From assembly GCF_036321535.1 (NCBI RefSeq), contig NC_087436.1:10478001-10542000 (forward strand): DNA of 64,000 bases. The letters are read 5' to 3'. The DNA is from Camelus dromedarius. Lineage: Eukaryota. Position numbers and translations under genes: made by a program. The notes under the pieces were generated by a model. That model saw only the letters and a list, made by a program, of their open reading frames with translations. It ran no database searches and was not told the DNA's origin. Positions 38,144 to 51,610 of the stretch are shown one piece after another. Positions within the stretch are counted from its first letter, which is position 1. Each line of letters starts with the position of its first letter.

Positions 38144-41100
38144 CCTTAAACTGCTCTTAAAAAATAGTCTTAATTAAAAAAAAGTTACCTTTCTTCTCTT
38201 TCAATTGATGATTATGCTCTCTTATGGGGCTGTGGCTGAGATTTAATATGAGGTACTTAAGTTGCCTATTATAAGAGGATTTCAGTGGTGTTTCTTAGCA
38301 GTAGTAACGGCATTTGTATGCATCCTTTTCTTGGTGTAATAGAATTCACTAAGCTGATGGCAAACTTTTCATTCAGCCCATTTTATGAATGTTGGTGTCT
38401 TTATTAATATTTGTTCCCCTGTCTTGTACACAGTCTCTTTTATTTGCCTGTGGCTCTTATTCGATTTACTGTCCCTGTTGGAAGGACAAAACCTTCTCTT
38501 TTTTTGCAGCTCCAGAGAGCACCTAAGGCAGCACACGTACTCCACAGAGTTTTAATCAGTTTTGCGCCCCGAGGATATTTTTTCAGAGTTCATGTTGTTA
38601 TATAGAAAAGCAGAGATTTGACAAATGGGCGAGAATAGCATTTCTCTTCCCACTGGAGCAACTGCTGCGCTCTATTTCAGGTATTCGGAGGTTCTGCAAA
38701 ATTGATCAGAAAAGCCAAATATCTACACTCTCCTCTTTTATCCTGTCTACTGAAGCACTCATTTCGGGAACTTCAGAATAAACCACAGGGCAAATACAGC
38801 TCCATCTCAAGTGTCTGGTTCTTTTGTCTGTATGTTTAAAAGCTCTATCGAGCTCTCTAAAATTGATATCAAAGAAATTCCAACTCTCGTGGCAAATGGA
38901 ATGATACCATGGCACTTCAGCAAGAAATTCTGCTGTAAAATGTCTGGGTGAGCAGAAAATGTTGCCGGTGGGGAAGAAACCCCACCCGCTAGTATTTTTC
39001 ATATTCCTCAGTACCTCCATGAGAGGGGTGATGAGAAGTCTGTGGGAAAGGATGGTTACACATCTCAAAAGCAATTATTTGACAAGGTTCTAAAACAAGG
39101 CGTTAGTGACAGGCCACCATGGCTAGTGTCCAGCACGCCTTTAACCCCACAGAGGTCTCTCAGTGAGCTCTGGCTGCAGTGATGGACGTACATCACCATC
39201 ACAGGAGGCTAATTTTTAAAATCAAATTAAATATTAAGAAGGCAGTACACATCCTTTCAAGTGAGCTGAGGCCCTAATTAGAGACAGCTGATCACACAGA
39301 CCACGAGAACGCTATCGCTGGCTCACAGAGTACCTCAAGCGGCACTGAAACGGTGAATATATCAAACTACAGACATGAAGTGTTTCCTACATACCGATTC
39401 TTGGCCCTTCACTTAATGAGAAAATCTTTGAGACGCAATTTCCATCATAATGTAATTTGCATACATTTGTTAAAACCACCTGTTGCATCTTTAATGCCTT
39501 TTTTCACCCCTAAACAAAGAGCCCCAGGTAGGAAATTCTCCATGTGCTGTTCAAGAAAAGCCCAAATGGTCAAATTCCAGACTCCCTGACGGGGGCGGAG
39601 TAACTACGGCTTAGTCTTTCTATCAAAAGGAAATAATCATAACTGACTCTCTTTGTTTCTCAAAAGCATCCAGTTGCCCATCACAATAAACAAATATGTT
39701 ATTGCTTCTGCAGATAAGTGCTCTGTTCAGCCTCCAAACATGCCTTAATTCCCTGCTACACCAGCTACATCCTCCAACACAATTGCTGACTCCGCCATCA
39801 CCCCTGCTTAAGGGTCCGGGAAGACTGGCCGCCCAGTGTGGGCTCTGGTCCTTCTTCTCCAAACCCGCCCAGCCCCCGCTGCCGCAGGCTTGTCGACTAC
39901 CCCACCCCACCCCACCCAACCCACTGCGGCTCCTCCCACCACGCTCCACAGTGACCTCCACTCCCAAACATGATCCCTGGTAACCACTAGGGCTTCAGCA
40001 TGGCTTGAGGAGCCAGAAGATGCAGATTATTGTCCATTCAGGCAAAGTACATCATCTTGGAAGCCTGACTTGAGGTCTCTGGAGAAGAGTCCCAATGTTT
40101 AACTTCTGCGTTGGTAGGCAGAGTCATTTCTGGTTTTTAAAATTATCCTTTATGTCTCTTTCTTCCCTTCCACAGGTGTACACATACACGACTGAAAACT
40201 ATGCTGAAAAAGTAAGATATAAGCTGCTTCAAGAAAGAAATCTAGAGCCTGGGAGCTATTGATATAAATGCTAAATAATCTCTACTTTGGGATGGGGACT
40301 TGTTACCCTGTAACAGACTTTCCCTAATATCAACTGTGCCAAGGGCTGTTATCGCCAAATACGAACTTCGTCCAACTGTGTCCAGCCTCCCCGGCAAACA
40401 CTCCTTTTCTCTAGCTAGACCTTCCTGATGCCCAAAGGTTGTCTACTTGACATACCCACTATCTTGTTCTTCCTTTTTGGCTGGTTTCCTTTAACACTCA
40501 ACACCCACCCCATTAGAGTAGATATTTCTCACTTTAAGGTTCCTCCATCTACCTCCCTTCCAAGGATCTCAAGCTTTAAATCCTACTATGGTCCCTGCTG
40601 AAAGAGTTATTCTCACAGGCTAAGAAACAGAGGACTCCAATTTAACTGAATTAGTACTTAGTTAATCGCAGGTTAGCACTTACTTGCAGGTAAATCTGAA
40701 GTGGTTCAGCATGTAATTTGAGGGTTCTGTGATTCCAAGCAGTTTTACAAGATTTCAAGGCTGAATTCTTAAAGGGTTACATCTATAAGAATTTGTCTCA
40801 AAGTTGTATTTTTTAAATAATCTTAGCCAAATGAAAAAAAAAAGTTTGGTGATTCTTACAGGCATGACATATATGAAATAAAAAAGTGTGTCTGGGCTGT
40901 GTCCTTCAGCATAACCTGTCCTTCTTGAGTAGGACAGATCTGATTTAAGTACAGTCATTTCAATTACAAATTAGGCATAGTTTCTTTAATTTATTACACA
41001 GTAAGAAGCCATTTTAAAAGCTTCTATAGAATAAAAACTTTGATACTCTACTGACTGTTGAATATTCTACATAAACTTTATGTTTATTACCAATCAGAGG

Positions 41101-43178
41101 TTTTAGGTTCAAAAATGCCAAGTCATTTAAAACAGTAATACAATTTTCAACCCCAACAGTAAACTGAACCATTGTATCCTGATCTTCTTCTATTTAAATG
41201 AGTTAAACAGGTATTTCTGAAAACATCGCCAATCAAACCATCTCTAAGTCACAGATGACACAGGAATATCTTGAGATAAGCTGCATCTGCTTCCAAGGCT
41301 GAGCTAAAATGTCAAGAAGCGGAGCCAGAAATGCGTAAACCTCAGTGTTCTGAGCTGAAATGCCCTCAGTACTTGTCTGCTCACCAAGGCTGCTGACATG
41401 GAAGCCAGAACGATTGCATTGTCTGCAAAGAGTGGACAACAGTTTATCTTGTGAAGATCCCTCTACTGCTGAGAATCAAACAGTCCTGCACCCTGTTCCA
41501 GGTGGAGCAGCGGTTAATGCATATGCTGGATATTTTTGTTCGTTTGTTTTTTGGTTTTTGTTTTGTGTTTTGTTTTGTTTTTTGCTGGATATTTTTAAAT
41601 CAAAAAAAAAAGTATGTGTGTGAGTGTGTGTGTGTGTGTTTGTATGTACACTTTTTAACCCATTTCGAATCTCCCAATGCTGGTTCTTTTGGCGTGGTGG
41701 TAACAAATAAATAATGACTCCCAAGTTGTATTCCACGTTGCTTAAGGAAAGCAAATAATTAAAATCTCCTCTGCTACAAAAACAAAAAAAAGGTCTTTAT
41801 TATGCTTCATAACAAACTTTTTATGTCTTAAGAGGTGTCATCAATAAAAATTATGCTGCATAATGTCACACACATTGGACAATGCTTCTTAGGTGTCTTA
41901 TGTTGATATTACTTTAACAGAGTTACAATCACCCATTAGAGGCAGTAGGTAGCTCTAATACTACAGAAGAAACTGGAGCGTAATGAATTTTACTGTACTT
42001 TAATTTTGAACTAACAAAGTGTAAACAAGTAATTCAAAATGACAAGACTATTAATTTCAATTTCACTCAACAAATATTTATTGAGTGCGCAATATGGGAT
42101 TAACTAACATAGTTAATGATCTATCTGAACTACCTATTGAATCTAAATTAAACTTAATATGCTCCTTTCATGATTCTTCTCTAAACCTTTTATCTAAAGC
42201 TTAACGACAAACTTCTGAAATAGAATATGGCGAGCCCGAGTTACTAAATTAACTTCAATCTGAGGTTTATTCTGCATATATTTTCAAGGATACACAGCTG
42301 AGATTTCACAGACAAAGAGGACATAATGCACTTAAAGGAGGAGCTGCTGGTGAAAATAGGGAGAGGGACAGTTCTGCCTCCTACGTGATGCCCAGTCTAA
42401 ATCCTTGAAGAGGCAGACTTTGCCACCGTCTTAGGCAACCTATACTGTTGCTATACTTCTGAGCATCTTCTGATGGTAACTGTGAGGTGTAGGAAGGCCA
42501 AAGTAATTATCAGACTCTTAAGATAGTCCTCTAGGTGGGAAGACCCCCGTTTACCAATGCTTGTTTTTCTATCTGATCTTTGGAGGAGAAACTGGATAAC
42601 AGCACAGCTGAATGCATTTCTTTTGCTGACAATGTATCCCAGTCATATAATCAGCTGAACTTGCTACCATCAGAAAACCCTATTACTGGCTCTTCCAACC
42701 CACAAGGAAAGCTCAGAAATGGTTTTTGAACTTTCCTCCCTGTTCACGTACGTGGCTTAATAATTCATACTAACTCCATGCATCTCAGACAGAAAAAAAA
42801 AATGAAAAAGATATTAAGATTCTAAATCCCTGTGGTATTCTGTGGAAAGTCTAAAATTTATCCAATGGATATCTGGAGCAATATCACCATAATTTACCTC
42901 TGAAACACTAGAACAAAGGCTAGTTTACTTAGTACAAAAGTGTTAGTGGATGTGTAATGATAGCTCTGCTTCACCTCTTACAGGAGCAATTCCATGTTGA
43001 CCACTGGCTTTTCCGACATCTCCTCCACCAGCGGGTACCCACAGGGAATTAAGCATCTCTCCTGAGCCTCAATGTGTAACTAGTGAAATAGAGGGGGTAT
43101 TGAGGGAGAGCTGAACAGTATCTGGGCTAATTAGGATTTATCTTGGAGAGGCCAGAATATTCCTCAGGGTCAAGTGAA

Positions 43179-43179
<1 letters not shown>

Positions 43180-43209
<30 letters not shown>
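43180..43209. repeat. Poly(A) run of about 30 nt
   Basis: Directly visible; no TSD or retrocopy body identified. Confidence 0.9.
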
Positions 43210-43211
<2 letters not shown>

Positions 43212-43372
43212 CAGAAAGGAGCTGAGGAGATAGAGAAGAGAGAAGAGAAAACTTGTCCCGTATCTGGCTAGAGTCCAAATAACACGTTTCCTCTTTTATC
43301 AGCACCGCAGCAGGTTTATATCTTGTTTGCACCTCAGGCAATGGACAGGAAGTATAAGTTGCTACTGCTAAG

Positions 43373-43807
43373 TGTAGGTCCTGACAACGAAAAAAATGTG
43401 GCTCGTCATCTGGTTTTACAAGGATGAAGTCACTAACCACTGCAGTCGCAGGAATGAGGCCCTCTGTGGCCTGAGAGAAACTGGCAGAACAGGTCTTCAG
43501 GCAGCTAGATACTTTCAGGAGAAAATTTTATGAGCCCAATTTCTCGTGTCTTCTCATACCTAAAGAGAAGCACTAAAATTGATGGAGACATCTCCCACTC
43601 AAGGCTGGCAGCAACCTGCTCCCGAGATGTGTTTGAATGCACACGCCGCCTTCACCAAAATCATGTGTGTACTGAACTCCCCCTAGTCTGTAGAGCAGTT
43701 CCTTAGAGCTTTCTAAGGGGCTGCTCCCCTCCTGGGCTATGGTCCTCAGTAAGCCTCAAATAAAACTGAACTCACAGCTCTCATGTTGTGTGTTTCAGTT
43801 TAGCCCA
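43373..43807 (+). mobile_element. MER34-like ERV1 solo LTR
   Basis: CTGGGCTATGGTCCTCAGTAAG...AATAAAACTGAACTCACAGCTCT motif; boundaries approximate. Confidence 0.7.
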
Positions 43808-45550
43808 CTTGACAAGAAAACTGGTATTTGACAAGCCTATTTAAGGAAGACACTATCTCCTGTCCTTTAGAGACAAGCATCTCTAAATATCAGGTATCTA
43901 ATGCTTGCCTTTGATATCAGGTAGCATACTCACATGCAAACACACCTCCCTCACACACAAATTTCCAGCATATTTCACTCAGTATTAATTTAACCATTTG
44001 CTTTTGGCTTCCACTGAAAATCAACAGGGTATTTTTATGAACAATTTTTGCATCTTTTACCAATCCATGGTTCAGACAGTATCATCTACTGTCTTTAACT
44101 CTTGCTTTTGGATCCATGTGATAAATTCCTTTGCAGACTCTAATGTCAGAAAGAATGGTGTTTCTTCAGTAACTTCTGTATTTTGTCTGGTCTGATCATG
44201 AGAATTACACAGCAGCCCTTTTTCCATACTTGCCTTGCTTTTGGAAGCTCACAGCTAAATTTTTATGCTTAATCATAAAAATTGTTTTTTCATATACGTT
44301 TGCATTTTCTATTTTATATGACTTTTCAATTTTATATTTTTATCATAAATCTTTGTTTTATACCTTAACAAAATAAACTGTAAATGAGTGGAATATACTT
44401 CACGTGTCAGTAAAAGCTCATTTATTTTGTATTTTGTTTAGTTGTTTTAAGAAAAAGTAGGGTGTCTGCAGGCAACAAATGAATTATAAGAGCAGTAACA
44501 GATTATGATGTAAAACTCAGTAATGTTTTGAAGGAAAACATGTAGGTTAGGAGATGCTGCCTGCCTCCTGTGTCTATCAATGCCACTTAAACAAAACACC
44601 CAGATCTTAACAGAATAAAACCTTTCATTCAAAACCAGTCAGCCATATATTTGTATAGAGTTTTGAGATCAGAACATTCTGCAATAACTTATCTTTGAGA
44701 TTGCATTTTTTATCAGATAAGACAATAATGGTGCACAAGGGGGAAAAAAAAAAAGCTTCTAGATGAATTGATAGGTTGGCCTAAAATGGAACTGTAATTT
44801 CTTATTTGATCTGGTCAGTCTGTCCCGTCCATCTTGATTCATTTCTCCTATTTAGAAATTAAATCAAACTGAACGATGCCAGTTACTAAGAAAGTCTGCC
44901 TCCTGTGTAATTATACCAACATCTATTAATTCAGGTAAAGCCATGCTGAAGGTCATCCAAGATACCCCAGTACCTGGCTCACCTGTTTTGTTCCAACACC
45001 AATAGAAGCGAGGTACCTAGAAAGCAGAATGAGAGACCTGGAGGTTGGTGTTGGCATACATCCTTTAAAACCTGCAACTCATTGGGCTACACATAACACC
45101 CTTATGTGTTCTGAGATTCTCAAGACACTCATCCAAATGTTGATGTCTACACACAGCACATGTATGAGAAGACGTGAGGTGCTGATGGCTCATGCCACAG
45201 GATGGCTCATGCCATCAATATGGCTTGGTAATCAAGAGGAAGAAGATCCAAACTCAGCCCACATCCTACCCAAACAAAAGATTTTAATCAGCAACTAATA
45301 TGAAAATCTGAACCATCTTCTGCACCTATCAAAATGAAGCTTCTTTTTGTCATAGGTAGTGGGTTTCAGTCAACAATATTAACCGTGTACCTATGACATT
45401 CAAAATGTTTGCAGCACACGGTAATTAAGGATATTCTATTGATACCAACAGAGAGAGAAAGAGAGAGGGAGACCGAGACAGAAAGAGAAAGAGGCTGGAA
45501 ATATCACGTACATTAGTAGTATATTTTCAGTACTAGAAACTTACAAGCTA

Positions 45551-48500
45551 GAAGTGATGTCATCAACATGGCAACAGGCGTCTAGAACCCAGGGATGAGG
45601 CTGTAGCAGGCTCTTGGACCACAGTGACAGGAAAGAACAGCATTCGAAGGGTAAGAAGAGCAGCTACACTCTGACGTCATCATCCTTCCCAAGCCAGCCC
45701 AGTGCTGCCCCAGGAGGACCAGCTGGCCTACAGTTTCTCCAGGAAGAAAACAAAGAGCCTGAGGTGAACATCTAGCTTCCCCAGCATTGAGCAAGGGCAC
45801 TTCTCAACAGGCCTACTTGGGTCTTGCCTCACAGAGATCACTGGGGAAATCTGTGGGGCTTGATCACCTAGGATCAGATAGAAATGGAGAGACAGGGCAG
45901 GGCTGACAGCAACCAAAGCTCAGATGTTGTCAGACCACATTCCTCCTCGAAGCTCCCCCTGAGCAGAGATCCCAGCCTGCAGCTCTGCCCATCTGCAGGG
46001 CAGAGCCCATGGCCCTGTCTGCCCAGGGAGCTCAGTGGGCAGTTCTGCCTGATTTAGGTGCAGCCAACAGGGCTATTCCAGCCATGGAGACTCCTCTACA
46101 GTCTCACCTGGGCAGGGAGGCAAATTCAAAGTCCCACCTACTGCTGAGTGTAGCCTCCAGTGCTGCTGGACCAGGAAGCCTGGCCAGAGAACCGGAGCAG
46201 CTATGAAGCCCATCCTACATACATTTGCTGTAATATCAAAGCAGAAGTCCCAGCCACAGCTCTGTCCATTTGCAGAGCTGAGCCAGTGGCCCTAACTGGA
46301 ACCTGATGGGAGGTCTAATGCCCTGCCTGGACACAGAAGCAAATCTGCAGCCCTGTTCCACAGCTGAATATGGTCTCCAGTTCCATGCAACCAGGAAGAC
46401 TGGCCAGAGAATCCTGCCAGCTTCAGAGCCCATCCTACAGCTGTATTTGGGCAGAGAATTAAGCCAACAGCCCACCCAGAGGTTAAATTCAGCCACTGGC
46501 CCTACATAGCCACGGAGTCTGAATGATGACCCTGGACAGCCTCAATCAACAGTGTATTGTACAACCCAGCCGTGTGGCCCTGCCTACGTCCCTGCCCTGC
46601 AGCACAACCCAGCCAGTAGCCCTGCTGATTGTTGAATGCAGCCTGTGACCTTGCCCAGGAGGGAGCCCAGCAAGTGACTCCATCCAGGTGTGGAGCACAG
46701 CACGTGGCCCCCACCAACAAGAGGCTCTGGACGCTTGTCCAACTGAGGAGATACACAAAAGATTATGGTAAAAGAGTGAAAGCATATGGTGGTAATCAAA
46801 TCACAGACAGCAAGAGAGGAAACAACGAACAAGGAATCTACAAAACAGAGAGAAAAAAATGCACAAAATGGTAATGATAAATCTTTACCTATCCACAATG
46901 ACTTTAGATGTAAGTGGACTAAATTCTCCAATCAAAAGACAGAATGGCAGAAGGAATAAAAAACAAGATCCTATCATATCCTGCCAACAAGAGACTACTT
47001 TAGCTTTGAGAACACACACAGACTGAGCGTAAAGGGATACAAAAAATAATTCAAGCAAATGGTAACCAAAAGAAAGTTATACATAAGTCAGACAAAATAG
47101 ACTTTAAATTTAAAATGATCAAAAGACACAAGGAAAGTCACGATAGAATGATAAAGGGGTCAATCCATCAAGAAGATGTAACAATTGCAAACCCTTATGC
47201 ACCCAACATCAGAGCATCTACATTGTAAAACAAATACCAACAGAGCTAAAAGGAGAAATAAATAGCAAAACAACAGTAACTGGAGACTTTAATACCCCAC
47301 TCCCAACAATGGATAGATCATCCCGACAGACTCAGTAAGGAAACAGCAAACTTGAACAACACTTTAGACAAATGGACCTAAAAGACATATACGGAGTGTT
47401 TCATATAACAGGAACAAAATACATATTCTTCTCGAGGAAACACAGAACATTTTTTTAGGATACGTCATGTTAGACCACAAAACAATTCTCAACAAATTCA
47501 AGAGAATAGAAATCATATCAAGAAGCTTTTCTGATCATGATGGAATAAAACTAGAAATACGTAACAGGAGGAAAGCAACAAAATTCACAAGTAAAAGGAA
47601 AGTAGACAATACACTCCCAACAACCAACAGGTCAGAGAAGACATTGAAAGGGAAATTTCTAAATGTCTTGAAACAAATGAGAATGGAAACACACTATACC
47701 CAAACTTATGGGTCACCACAGAAATACAAAGGATTATAAGATTCTACTATGAACAACGATATGCCAACAAATTGGAAAATCTAGAAAAAACAGATAAATT
47801 CCTAGAAAGATAAAACCTATTAAAGCTGAATTATGAAGAAACAGAAAATATGAACAGACCAATAATGAATAAGGAGATTGAATCAATAATCAAAACTGCC
47901 TAACAAAGAAAAGCTCAGGACCAAATGGTTTCACAGGTGAATTCTACCAAACATTAAAAGAAAAATTAACACCATATCTTTTCAAATTCATCCAAAAGAT
48001 TTGAAGAGGAGGGAACACTTCCAAACTCATTTTTTTGAGGCCAAACAGAGCTAGGTAAGGACATTACAAGAAAACTATAGACCAATATCCCTGGTGAATA
48101 TAAGCACAAAAATTCTCAACAAAACACTGGCAAACCGAATTCAACAGAGCATCAAAAGGATTATACACCATGATTAAGTGGAATTTATCCCTGGGATGCA
48201 AGGATGGTTCAACATACACAAATCAATGAGTGTGATGAGTTGCAGTAAAGTTGGAGTGAAAGATTAAAAAAAAAAAAGATCACCTCAATAGATGCAGAAA
48301 AAGCACTTGACAAAATTCAATATCCTTTCATGACTAGAACTCTCAAACAAATTGGATATAGAAAGAAATGTACTGCAACACAATAAGGGTCATGTATGAC
48401 AACCGCACAAATTACATGCAATGGTAAAAGAATAAAAGCCTTTTCCTCTAAGATCAGGAACAAGACAAAGTGCCCAGTCTCACCACTCTTACCAGTGTAG

Positions 48501-48564
48501 TGCTCTAAGTCCCTAGCCAGAGCAGTCAGGCAAGAAGTGAAAAAGGGGGAGAACACAATTTAAA
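45551..48564 (+). mobile_element. Old L1 with 5' UTR-like region, ORF1 largely missing, ORF2 EN to partial RT, no 3' UTR
   Basis: GC-richer 5' region starting GAAGTGATGTCATCAACATGG; ORF2 start-like ATG at 46868 (..LNSPIKR); EN motif GDFNTP near 47282; RT motif FIPGMQGWFN near 48185; many stops. Confidence 0.85.
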
Positions 48565-50675
48565 AGATAATTTCCAGCTACCAAATTTATCAATTCTATT
48601 AGCTTCTTTTCCTGAAGTGAAAAAGCACATTCCTTTAAAAGGTTTCAATTTCTGTAAATAGGTGACATGCCAAGGAAATGATCATTATATGCACAATGTG
48701 TCTTTTCTGCTGCATCTGAACAGAGGTAACAGTCACAGGTTCAAACTGAAAGGACAATAATTATAAACAGATGACTAGGGAGTGTGTCCATGGATCACTA
48801 AGAGGGTGAAGGGGCCAAGAAATCACAGAAAAAGTCTGCCCTACGCAAAGCGAGTGTTCCTAGCATTCACAACTGGTAAATTCTTTTACATTTTAAATAT
48901 ATTTCACATTTGTCTTATCCAATAGCAAATATAATACAAGATCACTGAAGAAAAGAAGAAAATATAAAAGAGAAGAAAGAAGAAAAATGTAAAACCCACA
49001 ATCCAGAGATAACTACTAAGCATTTATATGCTTATATATGTGTATATGTATTAGTATGCGTGTGTATTGCATGTATAATTTTATGGGCTTTATTGATTTA
49101 ATTATAATTCATAGTAAACCTCTTTTTAAATGGCTGTGCAGTATTTCATCATAGGACTGGATCTCAACTGATTTAACATACTACCAAAGGTTGAAATTTT
49201 TAAAATTATCATACATCATCTATGGTGGGCATCCTTCCATATAATTTTTGCAATTACACTCTTGGAAGTGGAATTAATGGATTTATAGGCTATATACATT
49301 TTTTTTTCTTAAATAGATTTATTAGCACACGGTGACTAGAGATCTAACAGTCTACAGGGAAAATAGAGAATATAAACCAGGAGATCAATAAAGTTTATCT
49401 CATTCTACCAAGATATAACATTAAGAAAAGAAAATCAATAACCACATTTCATTATTTTCTTTTTTTAACATCATAATTTTCCCCAGTAATACAGTTCTGT
49501 GAGGCACTTAAAAATTACTTTTAATAAGTGTTAGTTGATACACTATAGTATACTACCCTTCTCTAAGCAGCCCCTTCTGGATCAACCTAATTTAATTTAA
49601 ATTGCTGAACAATGTAATTAAATTGTGTTCAGGTAGCGGTTACTATGGAAAACCATCAGCAGTAAAGGAAACAGCAAGTGTTTAAATGTGGGATGATAAT
49701 AAACTCTTGCAGCACTCCAGGATTCTGATTGCAGAGGCTTAACATTATCTTTCATTCACGTAAACATAAGCATTTCTCTCATTGCAAGCCCATAAATTGC
49801 ATCCCACAGTGGTAAATATAAATGACACTTACAATCATGTTTAATCCATACTTAGACTGTAATTAGCATGAAACACTACACACATTTTCAAGGGAAAGAG
49901 AAAGTGTTCCACGCCTGTAATTTAAAATGCCTGCCCGCTGTAAGGGACTGGGTTCAACCATCCAGTGGGAGGGGCATGCTTTATCGCTCAACACTAAATC
50001 TGATTTTTCTTCCATTAAACCACATTCAATCAGACGTTTTATTCAGACTTATGAGCTGAAAATCAAGGCTTATCTTCTGTAATCTAAGAACTCTGAATAG
50101 ATTTTGAAGAATTAAGGAACTTCAATTTTCTAGAAAATAAAATTGGGTAACTCAGATTAAGTTAATTTAGAGTTGTTGTTTTTTTTAATTGTGTATGGAA
50201 AACCATCAGGTTATTTGCATGCATATATTTAAAGGAATGTGATCTGAGAATTAGCTTGCATTTAATATTAATGAAACTGAGACATGTTAGTGAATGAGTA
50301 CCCTAAACCATTAATACACTGAGAAAAAATTTCACTAGCTACCCTGTTAAATCTATTGAAAAAAATTCTCCACCCATTTTTCTCATTAGGGTACCCTGGA
50401 AATAAAATTATCTAATTGGATCTTAACTAGAACACTGGTTCTGAGCCTAGAGGAAGAGGTGTCATACTTTTCTAAGCATAGCAGAACATTATAAGGACAA
50501 AATCCTTAGTGTGTGAAGAAATGCGGAATTCATCCATTCCTCTGACTTAATCCATAAAAATTTTCTATGAATAGCTAAATTAAACATAACCAATTATGTA
50601 TGATAATTTAGCATTTTAAAGGGGGCAAATCAATGGCTAAAAATGAAAGCATTTCATATGACTCTCTTCTAGGTC

Positions 50676-50881
50676 CAGGGCAGCAAATATTTTTAGAAAG
50701 AGCCATACAGTAAATATTTTAGGTCTTGTGGACAGTATGTTCTCACTGATAATGACTCAACTTTGTTGTCTTAGCACACAGCAGACATAGACCTTGTAGC
50801 AACAATGTGTTCCAATAAAACTATTTGTAAAATAGGCAAAAGGTTGAATCTGGCACATAAGATGTAGCTTGCCAAACTCGG
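50676..50881. mobile_element. MER58A-like hAT-Charlie MITE
   Basis: CAGGG..GCAAA start; AGTAAATATTTTAGG and GTGTTCCAATAAAACT motifs. Confidence 0.8.
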
Positions 50882-51610
50882 GTCCATTCCAACAAATGGA
50901 CTCAGTCCTCCTGAGAGCTCAGCCCTGCCAGTGGCTTCAACATGATCCCAGCGACGTGGTCTCTTCCTTATGTACTGTGACCCCTGTAATGTACCATCTC
51001 TAGTGTTCCAGCTTCTACCAAGTCTCCCAAGTAAGAACCTTCCAAAGCGCCCAGTGAAAAGTCCTTCCTCCAAGAGATCGTTTGAGTAACTAATAATGAC
51101 TTGAATAAATGCATGCCCACACCCTCAAGACTTCCGGCTTGCGATAGGTTATTAGCCTATTAAAAAATTAAATGCAAAATGAAATTTAAAAAATCAGTAG
51201 TAGCAGTTATGTAAAAGGAGGTTTATTCAGCAACAGTATGGGGAGGAAAGTCATTTTCCTTAGCTTCATGTTTCCACGTGGCGAGTTTTTAGTCAGACAA
51301 CTCAAGAGGCGTGATTGTCAGAGGATGGAGTGACTGAGTAACCTGCCTGGTGGGTTTGGAAGAAGAAACTCACACCCTTGGTTCAGTGTCTCCTGGTTCT
51401 GGTCTCTCTCTGGGAGCAGAGGACACACAAATTCTGTTGGCTCTCTGCTCTGCAATAAGCTTGGTAGGACAGGTTTTCTCCGCCAGTGGGAGGTGTGTGC
51501 CTAGACCAGGTGAGAAGTCAGGGCTACTGAGGAGGAAAGCTCTAGGAGGCCTTCTAGGTCCACACATCTCAGCCAGGTCATCTAATGACCATTTGAATAT
51601 CCCCATGTAG

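Larger units (their letters stand above)
35593..38178 (+). mobile_element. Old L1 (L1MB/MC-type) 3' part, inserted in a MIR and carrying two LTRs
   Basis: ORF2 C-terminal remnants and L1M 3' UTR; TSD-like AAAATCTTACTTTTC (35578-35592) and AAAAAGTTACCTTTC (38179-38193); MIR-like flanks. Confidence 0.85.

Noticed and set aside
38706..39074. 122-aa minus-strand ORF
   Set aside because: Non-ATG start, no family resemblance and no convincing splice boundaries
39588..39610. Resemblance to 28S rRNA (GGCGGGAGTAACTATGAC); also CTCTTAAGATAG near 42515
   Set aside because: Matches are short, imperfect and do not extend; consistent with chance
43180..43209. Poly(A) as the tail of a processed pseudogene
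   Set aside because: No upstream polyA signal, ORF remnant or TSD seen
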